DNA of 64,000 nt, taken from positions 167,898,001 to 167,962,000 of the forward strand of contig CM059425.1 of assembly GCA_030390025.1 (NCBI GenBank). Direction: 5' to 3'. Position numbers and translations under genes: made by a program. The stretch's first letter is position 1, and every line of letters begins with the position of its first letter. The notes under the pieces are model-generated. The model saw nothing but the letters and a program-made list of their open reading frames with translations, was not told the origin of the DNA and searched no databases. The stretch is from Squalus acanthias. Its lineage: Eukaryota. Shown in pieces: positions 1 to 13,669 of the stretch.

Positions 1-728
1 GTTTCTGAAGACTTGCTTCCCCTCCGCCCGTCTTGCAGCAGTGGTAAGTGTGTGAGGGTGAGGTGAAGCTATGATTGTGAGGTATGAGTCGTAATTGCTA
101 GAGATTGTTGGTAGGTGAGTGATGGGGGTGTGGTGCATTGAGCAGTGTGTGAGGCTAGTGGTGCAGTTGGTGGGATATGGCATTTGAAGATGCATTCACT
201 CACCTTGACCACTCTTGTGAGATCATTAAACTTCTTGCGGCTCTGGATCCAGGTCCTGGGGACAATACATGTGGCATTGATGGCTTGTGAGATCTCCTCC
301 TACTACCTTCTGGCATGCTGCCTGGAAGGCCTCCTGCCCCCCTGCGGGTAGAGGACCTGTCTTTTTCTGTGCTCCCCCAGGACCAAGGCCTCCAGTACTT
401 TATCTGAGAACCTCCTTGCACTCTCTCTTCCCTGTTGAGACATGGCTTCATCCATAGTGACAAGGAGGTGCTTCTGCAACAAAGCACCTCCCCATTAAGA
501 AGTACAGAGAGCCTAGGCAAAATTTTATTGGCCAGTAGACTGCACCTGATATTGGGCCTGCTCTTGAGTGCTAAGCCAACCAGCAGCGCATTTAGCGCTG
601 AGCTCAGTGCTCCAATCGTGTAAATGAGCAGGCAGCACGAATTTTGCATGCTTCCTGCACCACTTTGAACGGGCGCAGGTAGATCGCTCCCCGTACCCGT
701 CTTTGAACCTAATCGTATTTCACCCCCT
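1..728 (-). mobile_element. Right part of a decayed Harbinger-type element with a Myb/SANT exon remnant
   Basis: Minus strand near 200-245 reads RKKFNDLTRVVK followed by donor gtgagt. The intron sequence at 102-155 is shared with 6429-6484. Ends in the TIR-like atttcaccccc. Confidence 0.7.
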
Positions 729-2089
729 GTGTTTTTAGACACAAAACAAAAAGAATGGGATTTTCAGCTTGTTTTTCAATCTTACATAAAATAAATTACA
801 GAGAGGTGCCAGATGCATAACTCACATGGACTGATGTATATTTTGTTTATGCAGTATGTTCAGCATATAATTAGCATTTTTAAATCAATATAATTAATTC
901 AATTAATTACTTTTTGTTGCCTCATCTTTGTTTTTTGACAGTCTCATCATTCCATCTGCAATATATATGATTGGATTTTCCTTCTTTTTACTGGCTGTTT
1001 TGGGTGGTTTTGGGGATACTGAAAAGAGTTAAAAAAAAGGGCAATATAGTCTATCACCGCAAAACCGCCCTAAAAAGTTGCAACAAAATTATTCTTAGTA
1101 AAACCCACCAGTCTGCAGTATCACGCACCCCACCGCATGTAAATAGGGGCAGGTGGGCATGACCACGGTCTCTGCACAATTTCTCCCAATTACTGCCCCA
1201 AATAAGAATACCGCCAAATATATAAATCGCATTATGAGCAGCACAGTGGTATCCTTGAGGGAGATGCTCCATTCTCGTTGTAACATGCGGCTACCAGGAT
1301 GGTAGAAAGCGAACTAGACAGATCTTGGTCTTTTTTCATCTGGTAATTCCTATGTTTCTATTCTCCTATCTTGGGAAAGGCCATGAAGAACATCAATACA
1401 TGTCTGATGTTCTGCTTGCATCTTTCTCTTCATGGCGAGTCCCCTGATATCATCATGCATAGTGTTAAGTGGCTGCTGCAGTCTCCAGATTCTGGGATGG
1501 TCGAATGGATGGTAGAGGTGAGGGAGCAAGGATCTAGGATGTGACATTTCAGTGTGCTAGCATGCATCCCAGGATGCGAAACACTTGGCGTGAGTAGTGC
1601 CAAGTGACTTCTGGGACAAAAACACAGTGTCATGTGATACCCCAAAGGTCATTGTTTGACTATTGTGTTAGGGAATTTCCATTTGCTTCTCTGTAATTCA
1701 GTTATCTGCCCTATTATTAATCTGAAAACACTCTTAGCTTTGCTGACCAAGTGAGGCCATTAAACTTCTGTCAACACTGCAAGGGAGTCCTGGGGTTATG
1801 GAGCTCCCACTTACAGCCAGAACCACCTCTCGTCACCTGGCCCGTCCTGCTACATGTATTGGCTTCATCCCTGGTACTCCAACTATTGCATCCCTCCTTG
1901 CTCTAATTTAGGACAGAAGTACTTCCACATCAGACTCAGAGAAGAGAGCCTCACCTTTTCCCTTCAATTGTGTCAGCTATTTGAGTTCCTTTTCCAAAAG
2001 CCTGCTCAGCCCTATAAATGTATGGAGCCTTTAAACACAAAAATTGTGCCCTTGCTTTGCATCCATTCCAAATTTCACCCCACCCCCCA

Positions 2090-2410
2090 AATCCCCAGTT
2101 ATCTGGCCCCATGCTGGTGGGACTCTTGCCCTAGTATTATTTAAATTAGCTGAGCCTGGGATTCATGGTGGGGTCAGCCTCTTCTTACCTTAGATGTCAT
2201 AAGACATTCCTTGCCGTACTTACATCACCACTTTGGGGACCTAGGACTTTCCAAACCGAAGAATTTACAGCACAAAACAAGGCCATTTCAGTCCATTTTG
2301 CTTGTGGTAGCTCTGCAGCTGGAATTATTTACTCTAATTCCATTTGCCTGCCCTTTCCCCTTATCCTTTTACAATTCTCCTTTTCAAATACTTGTCCAAT
2401 TGGTTTTTAA
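2090..2410 (-). mobile_element. Old CR1 LINE 3' fragment
   Basis: Degenerate similarity to the 3' end of CR1 ORF2 (...FKNQLDKYL...) seen in better-preserved copies in this window. Confidence 0.55.
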
Positions 2411-3864
2411 ACCGTCTTCAATAACATAAACTGTAGACTTGAGGTAATTACCTCGATGCTGGATATGAAACTGTTGAGGGCAATTTGTAGGTCGTCACTA
2501 TTTAACTTAAAAATGACATTAATAGAAATTGCATTCCAACTGAATGGTTTTATCAATTACCTAACATGGGTCAAGCCATGTTCTACAGAGACCACGTTAT
2601 CCTTAGGACAACCAAGAATGGGCATTAAATGAAGCCTTGCCACCATTACCCACCTCTCAAATTCAAATTAAAAAGTAGGGATATGAGGGCCCAGAGTACA
2701 AAGCATGCCACATATTCCAAAGTGCAGTACTTACGGATATCTTTCAGCTAACCCTCCTGACAGCCCCCTTAGATGCCTGCACATGTTGCAGTAAGTACAG
2801 GGCAAGGTTAATCTTTCAGCGACATAGGAGATGCAACTTTCAGCAGGTCCCTCTCAGGCATCTGCTGCTGCAAGATGAGGGCCACGTCAAGCCCACAAGA
2901 CTCCTGTCATCAACTTCTGAACCTCATACCACTGAGGTAGCACTGAGGAGAAGTAGCAGGTTTGGCTTGAAGGGTCTCTACATGTAGGCACAAAGAAATA
3001 GCTGGATAAGTATGTTAAACACTTATCACAACCTAAGATACTATTTCAGAATGATATGTTACAGCTGAGATGGCATGGTTTTGTTTATCTGGAAGTTTGG
3101 TATATGGAGGGTTTGTAGGAGAGCCTCATGTGATTATTTTCAGTAGTAATATGTGACCCTGATGACATAACTGAGGATTCAGTAGGTAGGGGTCCATTTT
3201 ATATGTGCTGTCTCTTATGTGTTGGTCCCATATCTGGCTGTCAGTTGGAAATGGTTTGTCATCCTGATTGTGGTCTTCCTCCAGCAGAGCCTTGTCATGC
3301 TCCAGTCCCTGGTGCCCATGGTTGCCTTTCCTGTCTTCCGATGGGCTCTTTAGATTCAGTCCTTTTTTATGGCAAAACTGTGGCGTATGCAGCAGGCCAC
3401 AATGAGCCTGAAGACGCTGATGCAACTATAGATGGAGAGCAAACCTTGCCCCCCCCTCCACTACCCCCAATCCCAGATTGATCAAGGCACCTGAAACAAG
3501 CCTCTAGAATACCAGTGGTCTATTCTATAATGGTTCTTGTGTCACACTGTGCCTCATTAACATCAGTGTCAGCGAAAAATCACTGTGGCACTAACTTTCT
3601 ACGCAATATGTTCATTTCAGACAACATCGGGGGATGTGTATCAATTTGGTCAATCAGCTCCAAATTGGAAAATTTCTACAAGAATGGTTTCAGGGTGATC
3701 AGAATGGTGCTGAATATCCTGGAAATAGCATATCATTTGGTCTGTCCTCTCATGGTTGAAGAAGATGAAAAATTCCCATAGTCAGAATTTTCTGAAGCTA
3801 ATGGTGGAGAAAAAATGTTGAATGAAAAATGTTGAAACAGTTTAGAAAGAGCTGAGCAAAACAG

Positions 3865-4442
3865 GAGCAAAATACTGCGGATGCTGGAAATCTGAAATAA
3901 AAACAGAAAATGCTGGAAATACTCAGCTGGTCAGACAGCATCTGTGCTGAGAGAAACAGAGTTAACGTTTCAGGTCAATGACCTTTCATCAGAACTGGAA
4001 TAATTTAGAGATGTAACAGGTTTTAAGCAAGTACAGAGGCAGGGAAAGGGGAGGGGGGAGAGGAAAGAACAAAAGGGAAGGTCTGTGATAGGAGGCGAAG
4101 GCAGGAGAGCCTAAATGACAAAAGGGAAGATGGTGCAGGGCAAAAAGGGAATGGTAATGGGACAAGTAAAGACACTGAAAGGTCATCGACCTGAAACGTT
4201 AACTTTGTTTCTATTTCAGATTTCCAGCATCCGCAGTATTTTGCTTTTGTATTAGTGTTTAATTCACTACAACTTCTCTTCAAAATCTCCAAGATAATCA
4301 GCATCCCTCGAACCACTGCTCTTGTCACATCTTTTTCCAGTTCTGATGAAAGGTCATTAAGCTGAAACGTTAACTCTGTTTCTCTCTCTCTACAGATACT
4401 GCCTGACCTGCTGAGTATTTCCAGCATTCTCTGTTTTTATTA
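3865..4442. mobile_element. Penelope-derived non-autonomous insertion with inverted terminal segments and hammerhead motifs
   Basis: Homologous to the terminus of the Penelope at 51707-53298. Segments occur in opposite orientations. Flanked by tgagcaaaacag (3853-3864) and tgagcagaacag (4443-4454). Confidence 0.8.
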
Positions 4443-4986
4443 TGAGCAGAACAGATCTGTGTTTCCAAATTTCCCTGCCTAGTCATAGGGGCCCATCATC
4501 TAGGTTGTTTAGCCTATCTGGGCTCTGAAACGCTATTGTCTCATTGAAATGCTGCTGATGTAGGTGTGCCTTGTGTTATGTCCAGGCAATTAGCCTATCT
4601 TAGTATAGAGTTTTGCTGGATGCTCCATAAGGCAATTGGTAAGGTTTTGTTATGAGGGCAAAGTCTAAGAGCAAAAATGTATTTAAATTTAATTTGTGCT
4701 GTTTAATTAGCCTTGCAAGATGATTCACATTCCTAATACTTATTTATTATCCTAAAAGAGAATTTCCATCATATAACTTGGTGTAGTATTAAGTAGCATC
4801 TACATAATAGTATGCAAATATGTAACTTTTGGGCTTGTTATAGAGAGTGGTATATATTCCTATTATAATAGTGTGCTTTGTGGTAGGGGATGCTCTATTG
4901 TTAAAATCCATCTGTACAATGGTGACCATATATTTCAACAAAAGATTGAATAATGAAGTCAGTTTGGGTTCAGATTCACACACTTT

Positions 4987-6905
4987 GGCCGGGAAATTGG
5001 ACCTGTTTGCAGCGGCTGCTAAGACTGGTTTCGAAGAAAAAATGATGGCTGCCTCGCTTCCACCCACTTCTGGCGCAGAATGCAGCAGCCGTAATTTTGG
5101 GCAGGTTGGCAGCGCTGCCTTTGCCTGGGCTCACTTCAGACATTTAGATGAGTTAGATCGTGAGGTCATCGGTGTGCAACGCTGAACTGATGCACGATCT
5201 GGTATTTTGGACGTTGCCACTCCTTCCCATTAATGCCCTCTCCAAAGCACGTATGGCAGAACGTGCGTACAGCAGTACGACGGCCCTCCCGCCAGCGCTT
5301 CTTAAAGGGACACACGCAACTTTCAGGTAAGTTTAGATTTTTGCTTTTTTATTGGTTTCTTTACATTTTATTGGAGTAGTGGCTTGGTGTAATACATTTA
5401 AAAAGTTGTTAAAGTGTGCAGGGAGCGCTGCTGGACATTTGCAAGGCTTTGGCTCTTAAAGGAAGAACACCACTTGCTCCAAGTCCTGGGGGCTCTAGTT
5501 GCAGTCCCCCTTGGGCTGCAGCATGACATGAAGATGGAGCAGAGGCAGCAAAGGGGACAAGCTGCTTGCAGAGGGAGGAGGAGGAGGAGAAAGACGAAGA
5601 GGAGGAGGAAGGGGAAGAAGCAGAAGAGGAGGAAGCAGAAGAGGAAAAAGCAGAAGAGGAAGAAGAGGAAGGAAGGAGGCAACCCAGACAGCCCCAGTGA
5701 CCACAACCCCAATTCCCCTTTCAGCATTAGTCCCACACCTTACCTTCCCTCTGTTACTGACCATCATTGTGTCTTCTTGGCCACAATGCTGAAATAAAAG
5801 CCAACACAAAGCAAACTTTCCAATCCAACTTTATCCATATATGCATCCAATATAAACATCAAAAATCAACTAATCACCCTTATGCATTCCTTTAGTGAGT
5901 GTCTTGCATGTGCCTTTGCCTATCCTAGTGCTCTTATGCAGTATTACCCCAGTGGCTGCAGCATGGCTGGTGGAAGGCTGCTGATTTTCAGTGGAGGACA
6001 CTGCAGATGGCCTTGCAGGACAACCTTGAGGAGCTGATGGCTAGGAATGTGAAATTGAGTGATGGTTTTTCTTCTTCTTCTTCACTCTCCTCTCCCTCTT
6101 CTCGGTCAACCACTGGATGGGCATGTTGCATTTCTTGGGTGTCAGAAATGAGGAAGGCACAAGGGTAGAGTTGTGGTGAGGGGAGGGGGTAAAGCAAGAG
6201 GTGCATGCTTACACCATGTGCAGCTTGCAAATCAGAAGATATTGTGGGATGAGGAGGAAATGGGATGTGGGAAGGAGGATAACATATGTGGATACCAGCA
6301 TCTTGTATTCATTCAGCCCCGCCACTGGCCATAGGCTCAACCATGCCCCTGCCAAGAATAGCCAGCTCCATCTCCTCAAGGGGGTGAGGTGAAGCTAGGA
6401 ATGGGAGGAGTACCTCATGTTTGGTAGAGATTGTTGGTAGGTGAGTGATGGGGTGGGGGTCGTGCATTGAGCAGTGTGTGAGGCTCATGGTGCAGTTGGT
6501 AGGAGACGGCTTTTGAAGATGCATTCATTGACTTTGACCACTCGTCTGAGGTCATGATACTTCTTTGGCCACTGGAGCCAGGTGCTGGGGGCGACACTAC
6601 TGACAGTGACCACCTCGGCGATCTGGTCCCACATCCTTCTTTCTGGAGCTCACCTTTAGGAGGTGCAGACTGCCTTTAAGAGGCATAGGCTAGCTTTAAG
6701 TAAAGCTAGCCTCGCTCAAACCTCGGGAACTTCGGCCCCCTGCAGAGTGCATAGCCTGTCAGCAGCGCTAAGCTGTGCGCTACAATCATTATAATTAGCA
6801 GGCAGCATGAAGTTGACGTGCTGCCTGTGCTCTTTGAATGGGCGCAGCCATATCTTGCATCACGGTGCCTGCGCTCGTTTTTTAGCGGTATCAAATTTCT
6901 AGGCC
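4987..6905. mobile_element. Internally deleted Harbinger element
   Basis: TIRs ggccgggaaatt / aatttctaggcc with TTT TSD. Myb-like remnant on minus near 6530-6640. GA-rich (Glu-type) tract at 5570-5680. Confidence 0.75.
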
Positions 6906-7274
6906 TTTAAGTGTGATTGCTACACAGTCTCCTAGATGGCTATTAGGCAAGGTAGGGTTTGTATACATATGGTGGTTTGTCTTTTGTCTTCTAACCCAAA
7001 TAAACACATATCTTTTTTGTCTTAAGGCAAAACTGGAACATTTCCTTTGTTACCAGGTAGGGTGTCATTAAATTTGTAGTGAAGACATAATGAGAAATTT
7101 TCTGAGACCCTACGCCTGCATGCAGCAGGGGTTTATTGGAAAATTATGGCGCACTGGCCAGTTTTCCATCCATTGATTTCAATGAAGGAAAGATTGTGGG
7201 CTGTACACTCTTGATTTTAAGATAAGCTGATGCTGCATGTAAGGCAATGCATGTGGTGTAAAACGAGCGCAAAG

Positions 7275-7810
7275 AGGATCAATTTGGAAATGCAACATCC
7301 TGCGTCCCAAGGACGCCGGAAAAACATTTGACAACCATAACAACCATAACAGACATTAGGTCCATTGCATATGCTAATGAGGGACCTAACACCTGTTTAA
7401 ATACCCTTCGAAGAAATTGGGCTGCCTTGACCCTCGGGCCTGCTCCACCGAGGATTTTGGGACGTGGATTAAGTGAATTTAAAAAAAAAAAATCTGTGGT
7501 GCCAGGAGGAACAGGAGTGCTCCTCCCAGCTCCACAGCACTTCTGTTGGCCACGATTAGCCTTCTCTTGCTGTTCTCCTCCCATCTCCGGGATGTACCTG
7601 AGGACCGTTGCCGGGGAGACAGGTGGCCCAAAATTGCAAGCTTGCGTCGGATGACGGAGGTGTGACAGGCACTGGCAGCCCTCCCTAAATATTTAGATAA
7701 GGCCCGAGGTCAAATTTCTTGCGATCCTTGGGCCACCGCCTGCAGGTGCAGTGATCGTTCCTTGCGCCCACTTACTGCATTAAAAACGGCTCAAAGGAAT
7801 TTCTAGGCCC
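7275..7810. mobile_element. MITE-like element (Harbinger-type right end; left boundary uncertain)
   Basis: Ends in gaatttctaggccc. Internal ccaggaggarcaggag motif shared with 8609-9194, 23121-23863 and 37052-37722. Confidence 0.5.
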
Positions 7811-8608
7811 AGTCCGAGAAAAAAAAATCAGTATAGGATTGGACTTCCCCAAATGTCTTATAAACAATTTACAAAAGAAGCTCGACAAACTTTAGATCAT
7901 GAAACATCACATGAACCTGAGGAATGGCTATTTTCACTTCCTTTTTACAATCTACCCCACCATGTATTCTCCCATATGTTTAATCTCCTGAGGAAACATT
8001 TCTGCAGAATTTCTTCCTGACACAGCCACCCTCCCAAAATAAAGCGAGCCTCTCTCCGTCATATTTATTGCAAACCAGCGTTGTAATTGCTGTATCGAGA
8101 TAAAACTGCAGATTTTGATTTATTCAAGGGCCAAGAGAGGTTTATGAATTGGATGAGAGTCTTGACAATTCTGCCTTGCCAGGTATATTTGGGATGTTTT
8201 TATTTACACCTGGTCTAGCCAGAGGCAGGTAGATAGAACCCTGGCCAACATCATTCCAAATGTGTATTATATTCTGTAAACACCTCGTCTCTGTGAACCA
8301 ATGACGTTTCAGGATGTAATTTTTGCTTTGTTACCACTTTGAATAAGAAAGTGAGAATACTCCAGCCGGGAGTGTTGGTGAATGATTATCACAGCAACGC
8401 ACTGAGCACTGTTTGCAGCCTCCTGTTTTCTCCCCATATCCCCATATCCTACTAGTCCCAACTGAGCATAATCAATGAGCTAGCTAATGTTCAAATTGAA
8501 TGAACAAAAAATACATAAAGCTGAGATTTGAGGAAAAGTGACAACAAAAGAGAGAAGGGGCCTGCTTACATGAATTAGTTCCAAATTCAGGAAATTTTAT
8601 CATAGCCT

Positions 8609-9194
8609 GGCCCCAATTTTAATCGCTCAACCTCCCCCCGCCTGACGGAAACCTGGGTGAGGTGGGGGGAGGGGTGGGCCAGTTAAAATAAGAACAGCAA
8701 CTTAGCCCCTATGATCCCATTGTCTTTCTCTGTGCCCCAATAGTAACCTACTCTTTTGAGCAGGCGAGCAGGACACCTGCAGGAAGGCAGCGGGGTCCTG
8801 CTTTAAATATGCAGATCGGGTCCTGATGATGTCATCAAGACATGATTGCAATCTTAGTCGGAGGCCTGAGTGGGACAGCAATGACGTTAGCATAACGTTT
8901 TCAGTTTTACTTGTGGGCCAGGAGGAGCAGGAGTGCCCCCATAAGGAAACCTTGGGTCTTCCTTGCTACCCCCTCACTCACTCGTGATCGCCATATCTCG
9001 AATTCCCGCTCGTGCCTGCTGGCCAGGTAATGGAGCTGGCCGAGTTCAGGTGGAAGTCTGATGAAATTTATGGAAATGAGGCCTGGCTGTTAAAATCGAC
9101 GTCTGCGTTGTTTTGAGGTGCGCCGCCCACTTTGGGGCTTCGCGCTCGCCGTTCTCGAACCCCTCCCTCCCCCACCCCAGTTAAAATCGGGACC
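8609..9194. mobile_element. MITE
   Basis: TIR ggccccaattttaa / ttaaaatcgggacc; GC-rich and non-coding. Confidence 0.65.
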
Positions 9195-9925
9195 AGTGTT
9201 TTTTTTAACCAGTGTATAGTCTGCAGAGATTAGGTGGTAGTAAATATGCCGGGCAATGGAGTAAACCACCATAAAATAAATGTATTTTTATATATATAAG
9301 GGGTGGTAGTAATAAAAGGCATGCCGATTGCAATAGACGATTTTGATTGGCAGCTGTGTAATTGACTTAAGACACTTGTTGTTACACGTCGTGTTCTATC
9401 AAGTTGTTAAATTGGACAGAGCAGTCTGAATCTGAGAGAGCCTTCTTTAGTGGCAGAGAATTCAATTAAAAGCAAAGAGCTGTGAAAAAGAGATATGCAA
9501 AGTCTGCGTATAGGTTCCATTGTCTGTTACTGTCATTTGTGGCCTTTGGAGTGGATTGTATAAATATGGGCTGTAATTAGACATTTGGGGGAAAAAATTC
9601 AGTATCACCCATTTGGGGGTGCTAATATCAGCCGTGCGCAAAATTTATCACCGGCGACCGGGAAATTCGTCTCCAGCGCCCCTGGAGGTGATTGGAGCGC
9701 TAAATCAAGCGCTATAAACTTCTCTTAGGGCGCTAACGTCGGGGAGCGAGGCGCTACTCAGAGCGCTACTCAAGCTCAGGCGATGTCAGTTACCTTATAC
9801 TCAGACCTACTGGCACCTTCCTGTTGTTAAAGGGGAGAGTCCATCATGTTGCACAGCCTCACCCTGCTCATTGCTGCGTTTGACCTGGGCCTGCAAGGAG
9901 GTGCACATCTTCACCAAAGCTTATC

Positions 9926-11700
9926 ATGGCTACTCAGAGGCCCAGGGAGAGAGCTCGCTGGTTTAGCGACCAGGCATTGGTGGCTCTGGTTGTCGCTGTG
10001 GAACGCCAATGGGCAGTGCTGTTTCCAGACACTGGCAGGAGGCCATTGCCCCGGGAGTTTACAAGGGTGTGGAGGGAGATTGCCCGCTACGTTTCATCCA
10101 CGGGTCCAAAGGACTCTCACGCAGTGCTGCAAGAAGTTCAATGACCTCACTCGGGTGGTCAGGGTGAGAAGATGCAAGAAAAACCTCTACATCCCCCCCT
10201 TTCAACCTCACTCTGTGCACAGACGGTGTAAAGTGCCAAATCCCCAACACTCACCCAACAACTATGCCCATCTACTAAAAGTCACATCCACATCTCACAC
10301 CTTGCAGACATTAATGGCTATTCAACTATGGTAGGCACATCTGCCAAACACATGGCTGCCCACTCACTCACACGCTGTCCTTTTTCTTGCAGGCCAAGTT
10401 TTCACATAACCAGAGGGAGCAACAACGCACGGGAGGAGGTCAGGCGGAGCTGCACCCCTTCACACAGCTGGAGGAGCGAGTTCACAGACTCATCGCAAGT
10501 CATGTCATTGGCGCTGTGGCAGCTGGAGAGGTCGACCCCCTTGGGGACAGCAATGGTATGTTCATCATCTCGCTCTCCTCTCTCATAGCACTTCCCCCTC
10601 ACAACACAAGCCTTTCCTACTTTCCATCTAACTATACTGTCTCCATTCCTTGCTCCCTTCCTGCCTCCCCCCGCCCTCATGTTAAAGCCACTCTTGTACC
10701 TTCCTGCTTTCAGATAGTGAGCCACCATCTGACCAGCCTGTCCCTCAGCCTCACAGTGGCAGTGACGCGAGAGAGGAGGAGGAACACGAAGCCGGAGTCT
10801 CACCGCCTGCGTCTCCCGAGGGCGAGACATCCAATACTGGGGCCACGCGTTCACTGGAGGGGAGCAGGGGATTTGGCTCTAATGTGGGTGAAGCTCCGGG
10901 ACCCAGCGGGCTGCAGCAACACCATGGGGGAAGGGAAGCTCGGGGGCCATCTCCCCGGAGGGTGAGTGCGCGCACGAATTCTGTTGCACAGAACTCGGAT
11001 GAGGACCTCGATATCGCAGCGATGAATACTCAGGCGATTAGCTCATGGGTGCAATGGCAAGGGTGCCCGACAGCATGGATGCACTGGCTAGGAGCATACA
11101 GGAGTCATCTGTGTGCAAACCATCAAATCCATCTTTGCCTCGTTGCAGAGGATGGTTGCATTGCAGAGAGACCGTGGGGACCCAGACACCATGCCGTGTG
11201 TAATGGGTGAGGTGGCAGCATCTATTGCAGCACAGGCCGAGGCAACGCAATGGCTTAGTGCTGGAATCGAGTCATTGGCTGGTGCCATCCAGTCTCCGAT
11301 TGCTCTCATGCAGTCTCAGATTGATGCCACGCAAGCGCTGACTGCTGCCATCGTCGCTGGGTCGCCCACAGTCCACTGGGGATCTCACAGTGCCGCAGCA
11401 GGCCAGCAATCTGTGCTTGAGCAGATTGCTCCGGATGCTGAGGTTCTGCCCCAGGGGAGTGGCAGTGTGTCGGTCGAGCAGGAAGGTGCTGTCCTCTCTC
11501 AGGATGACAGCATTCCTGCTCCCACCACTGCTACTTCCCCATTGCACTTGCCACAGCCTGTAACACAGCCATCCCTACTGCTGCTGCCCATGCAGAGTTG
11601 GTGCAGTCTGCAGCCGGGCCCTCCAGGCCCAGAGCTGGTCGATGGCGTCCTTCAAGGCTAAATGCAGTCTCTGGATCCAACATTCAGCAGCCTTCCACCA
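9926..11700 (+). pseudogene. Harbinger Myb/SANT-like DNA-binding protein gene (3 exons, frameshifted)
   Basis: Exon 1 at 9926-10163 (MATQRPRERARWFSD...W.EIA.../...QCCKKFNDLTRVVR|gtgaga, one frameshift). Exon 2 at 10393-10555 (AKFSHNQREQQRTGGG...|gtatg). Exon 3 starts at 10714. Confidence 0.85.
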
Positions 11701-11702
11701 GC

Positions 11703-12930
11703 CTTGTGAGCCAGCCACAAGGTTGATGCGGTGGTTGGAACAGGTCTGGGACACCAGTCTGAAGCAGGATGAATGCATCGTGGCTGCTGCCAGGATAACG
11801 GGCATTGACGGCGAGGATGCACTGTCTGTGGTCGCACACCAACTGGACGTTGAGAGAGTGGAAGCCTTTGCGGTTCTGGAAAACCTCTGCATTTTCATGA
11901 GGTGCCTGCAATGCCACATGCGTGCAGTCAATGGCGCCCTGCACCATGGGGAAGCCCACTATCGTGGCGAAGCCACATGCGCGTTCACGCTATTTGTCCC
12001 GGGTCATGGGGAAAGTGATGTACTCCCTTCTCCTTTGGTATAGAGCATTTGTGACTTCCTGGATGCAACATAGAAACATAGAAACATAGAAACTAGGAGC
12101 AGGAGTAGGCCATTCGGCCCGTCGAGCCTGCTCCACCATTCAATACGATCATGGCTGATCATCCAAATCCAGTACCCTGTCCCTGCCCCCTCACACAGAA
12201 TCCCCATCGAGCCTGCACCGACACATATCCCACCCTATCCCCGTAACCCCACGTATTTAATTCCCCCTAACATATCCCATCCTATCCCTGTAACCCCACA
12301 TATTTTAATCCCCCCCTAACACTAAGGGTCAATTTATCATAGCCAAATCACCTAACCCGCACATTTTTGGACTGTGGGAGGAAACCGGAGCACCCGGAGG
12401 AAACCCACGCAGACACGGGGAGAATGTGCAAACTCCACACAGACAGTCACCCGAGGCCAGATTCGAACCCGGGTCTCTGGCGCTGTGAGGCACCAGTGCT
12501 AACCACTATGCCACTATGCCAACAATGGATGGCGAACTGGGAGATGTTCGCAATATCCCCTGTGGAAGCCTGGAAGGAGCCACTGGCATAGAAATTGAGA
12601 GCCACCGTCATCTTCACTGCCACCGACAGAGACATCCTGGTCCTGAGCTGAGGCTGGAGCTCTGGCTGCAGGAGGTGGCAGAGCTCTGTGAGCACCTCCT
12701 TGCTGAAGCGGAGCCTTCTAAAACACTGCTCCTCGGACAGATAGATATATGAGAATTGCTCCCGGAATACCCTGGGAGGGTAAGGTCTCCTGTGCAGAGC
12801 CCTGTTGGCTCCCTGGCCACATTTTCCATTCACTTTCTCCGCCTCCGCTGTCTCCGACGGTGAAGCTGGAGAACAAGGCCTTGTGCTAGTACAGCCCCCA
12901 TTTAATCTTCTAAATGTGGTAGTAATAAAG
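11703..12930 (-). pseudogene. Harbinger (HARBI1-like) DDE transposase, interrupted by a SINE and 3'-truncated
   Basis: Motifs FRRLRFSKE, ALNFYASGSFQ, GAIDCTHV, NRKGFHSLNVQ, GSSHDAFIL. Removing the SINE restores the frame (...IHCCIQEVTNALY...). One TAG stop remains, and the sequence ends at PCGWL before the LGD motif. Confidence 0.9.
12071..12519 (-). mobile_element. tRNA-derived V-SINE (HE1-like) with CR1-type tail
   Basis: A box gtggcatagtggtt and B box gggttcgaatc. V-domain ...tgtgtggagtttgcacattctccccgtgtctgcgtgggtttcctccggg.... Tail (tatgtttc)n. CAACA TSD at 12066-12070 and 12520-12524. Confidence 0.88.
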
Positions 12931-13669
12931 CTGACAGAAATAGGAACCTGAAAAGTTTTGCTGAGGAACAAAACTCCTTGTAGGACAGCGTTAAATGTCT
13001 CCAGACGCCTCTCTCCCTCTCTCAACCTGCGTATACAGAATCTTTTGCCGACAGGAAAAATCAGGAAGCGCACACCTTTATATAGCGCTCACTCAGCTCC
13101 CAGCCGACAGCAAAGCGTCCCCCGCTACCTGTCGTTCCTAGCGCCAGGCGCTGAGGCAGGGGGCGAGAATCAATTTCTGGTCCGGGGCGCTACCGGGGCG
13201 TTGCACGCTTCGATGACGTCACGATCTCCAGGCACAGGAGATCGTGGCGGTAGTGTTTAGCACCACCGCAAACCACCAGGTCAATTTCGCGGGCGGCGCT
13301 AAAATCACCGCACTCAGGCGGTAAGTCGGTAGCGCCCCGTTAGCGGCCCCCGGAGGCGCTAACGGGAGGCGCTAACCAACCGAATTTTCCCCCCTTGGAT
13401 TTTAGGCATCATGTCTTTGCTGATGTTTTTGAAATTTTGCAATTGGACCGTATTTTAAAAGCAGGTATTATTTTAAAACAAAAAGGCACTTTAAAATGTA
13501 GATATCAAAGCAAATAATGTATGCAAAATGGCACAGATCAGTGGATAATTTGATTCAGTCAACTAAATGGACTCTAGTTTTATGTACAATGAGGGGAATC
13601 CACTGTAAATGATTAGTTTGTGTCCCACATTTAAGCACGGTTCAAAAAATATTTTTCAAATAAAACTTT

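Larger units (their letters stand above)
9588..13394. mobile_element. PIF/Harbinger DNA transposon with convergent Myb/SANT and transposase genes; decayed and internally deleted
   Basis: TIRs ggggaaaaaattc / gaattttcccccc, 3-bp TTG TSD (9585-9587 and 13395-13397), both diagnostic ORFs present. Confidence 0.92.

Noticed and set aside
5398..5809. Lys/Arg-rich and Phe/Leu-rich ORFs
   Set aside because: Translation of a GA-rich low-complexity tract inside a Harbinger derivative.
12440..12519. tRNA-like A and B boxes
   Set aside because: Head of a V-SINE, not a tRNA gene.
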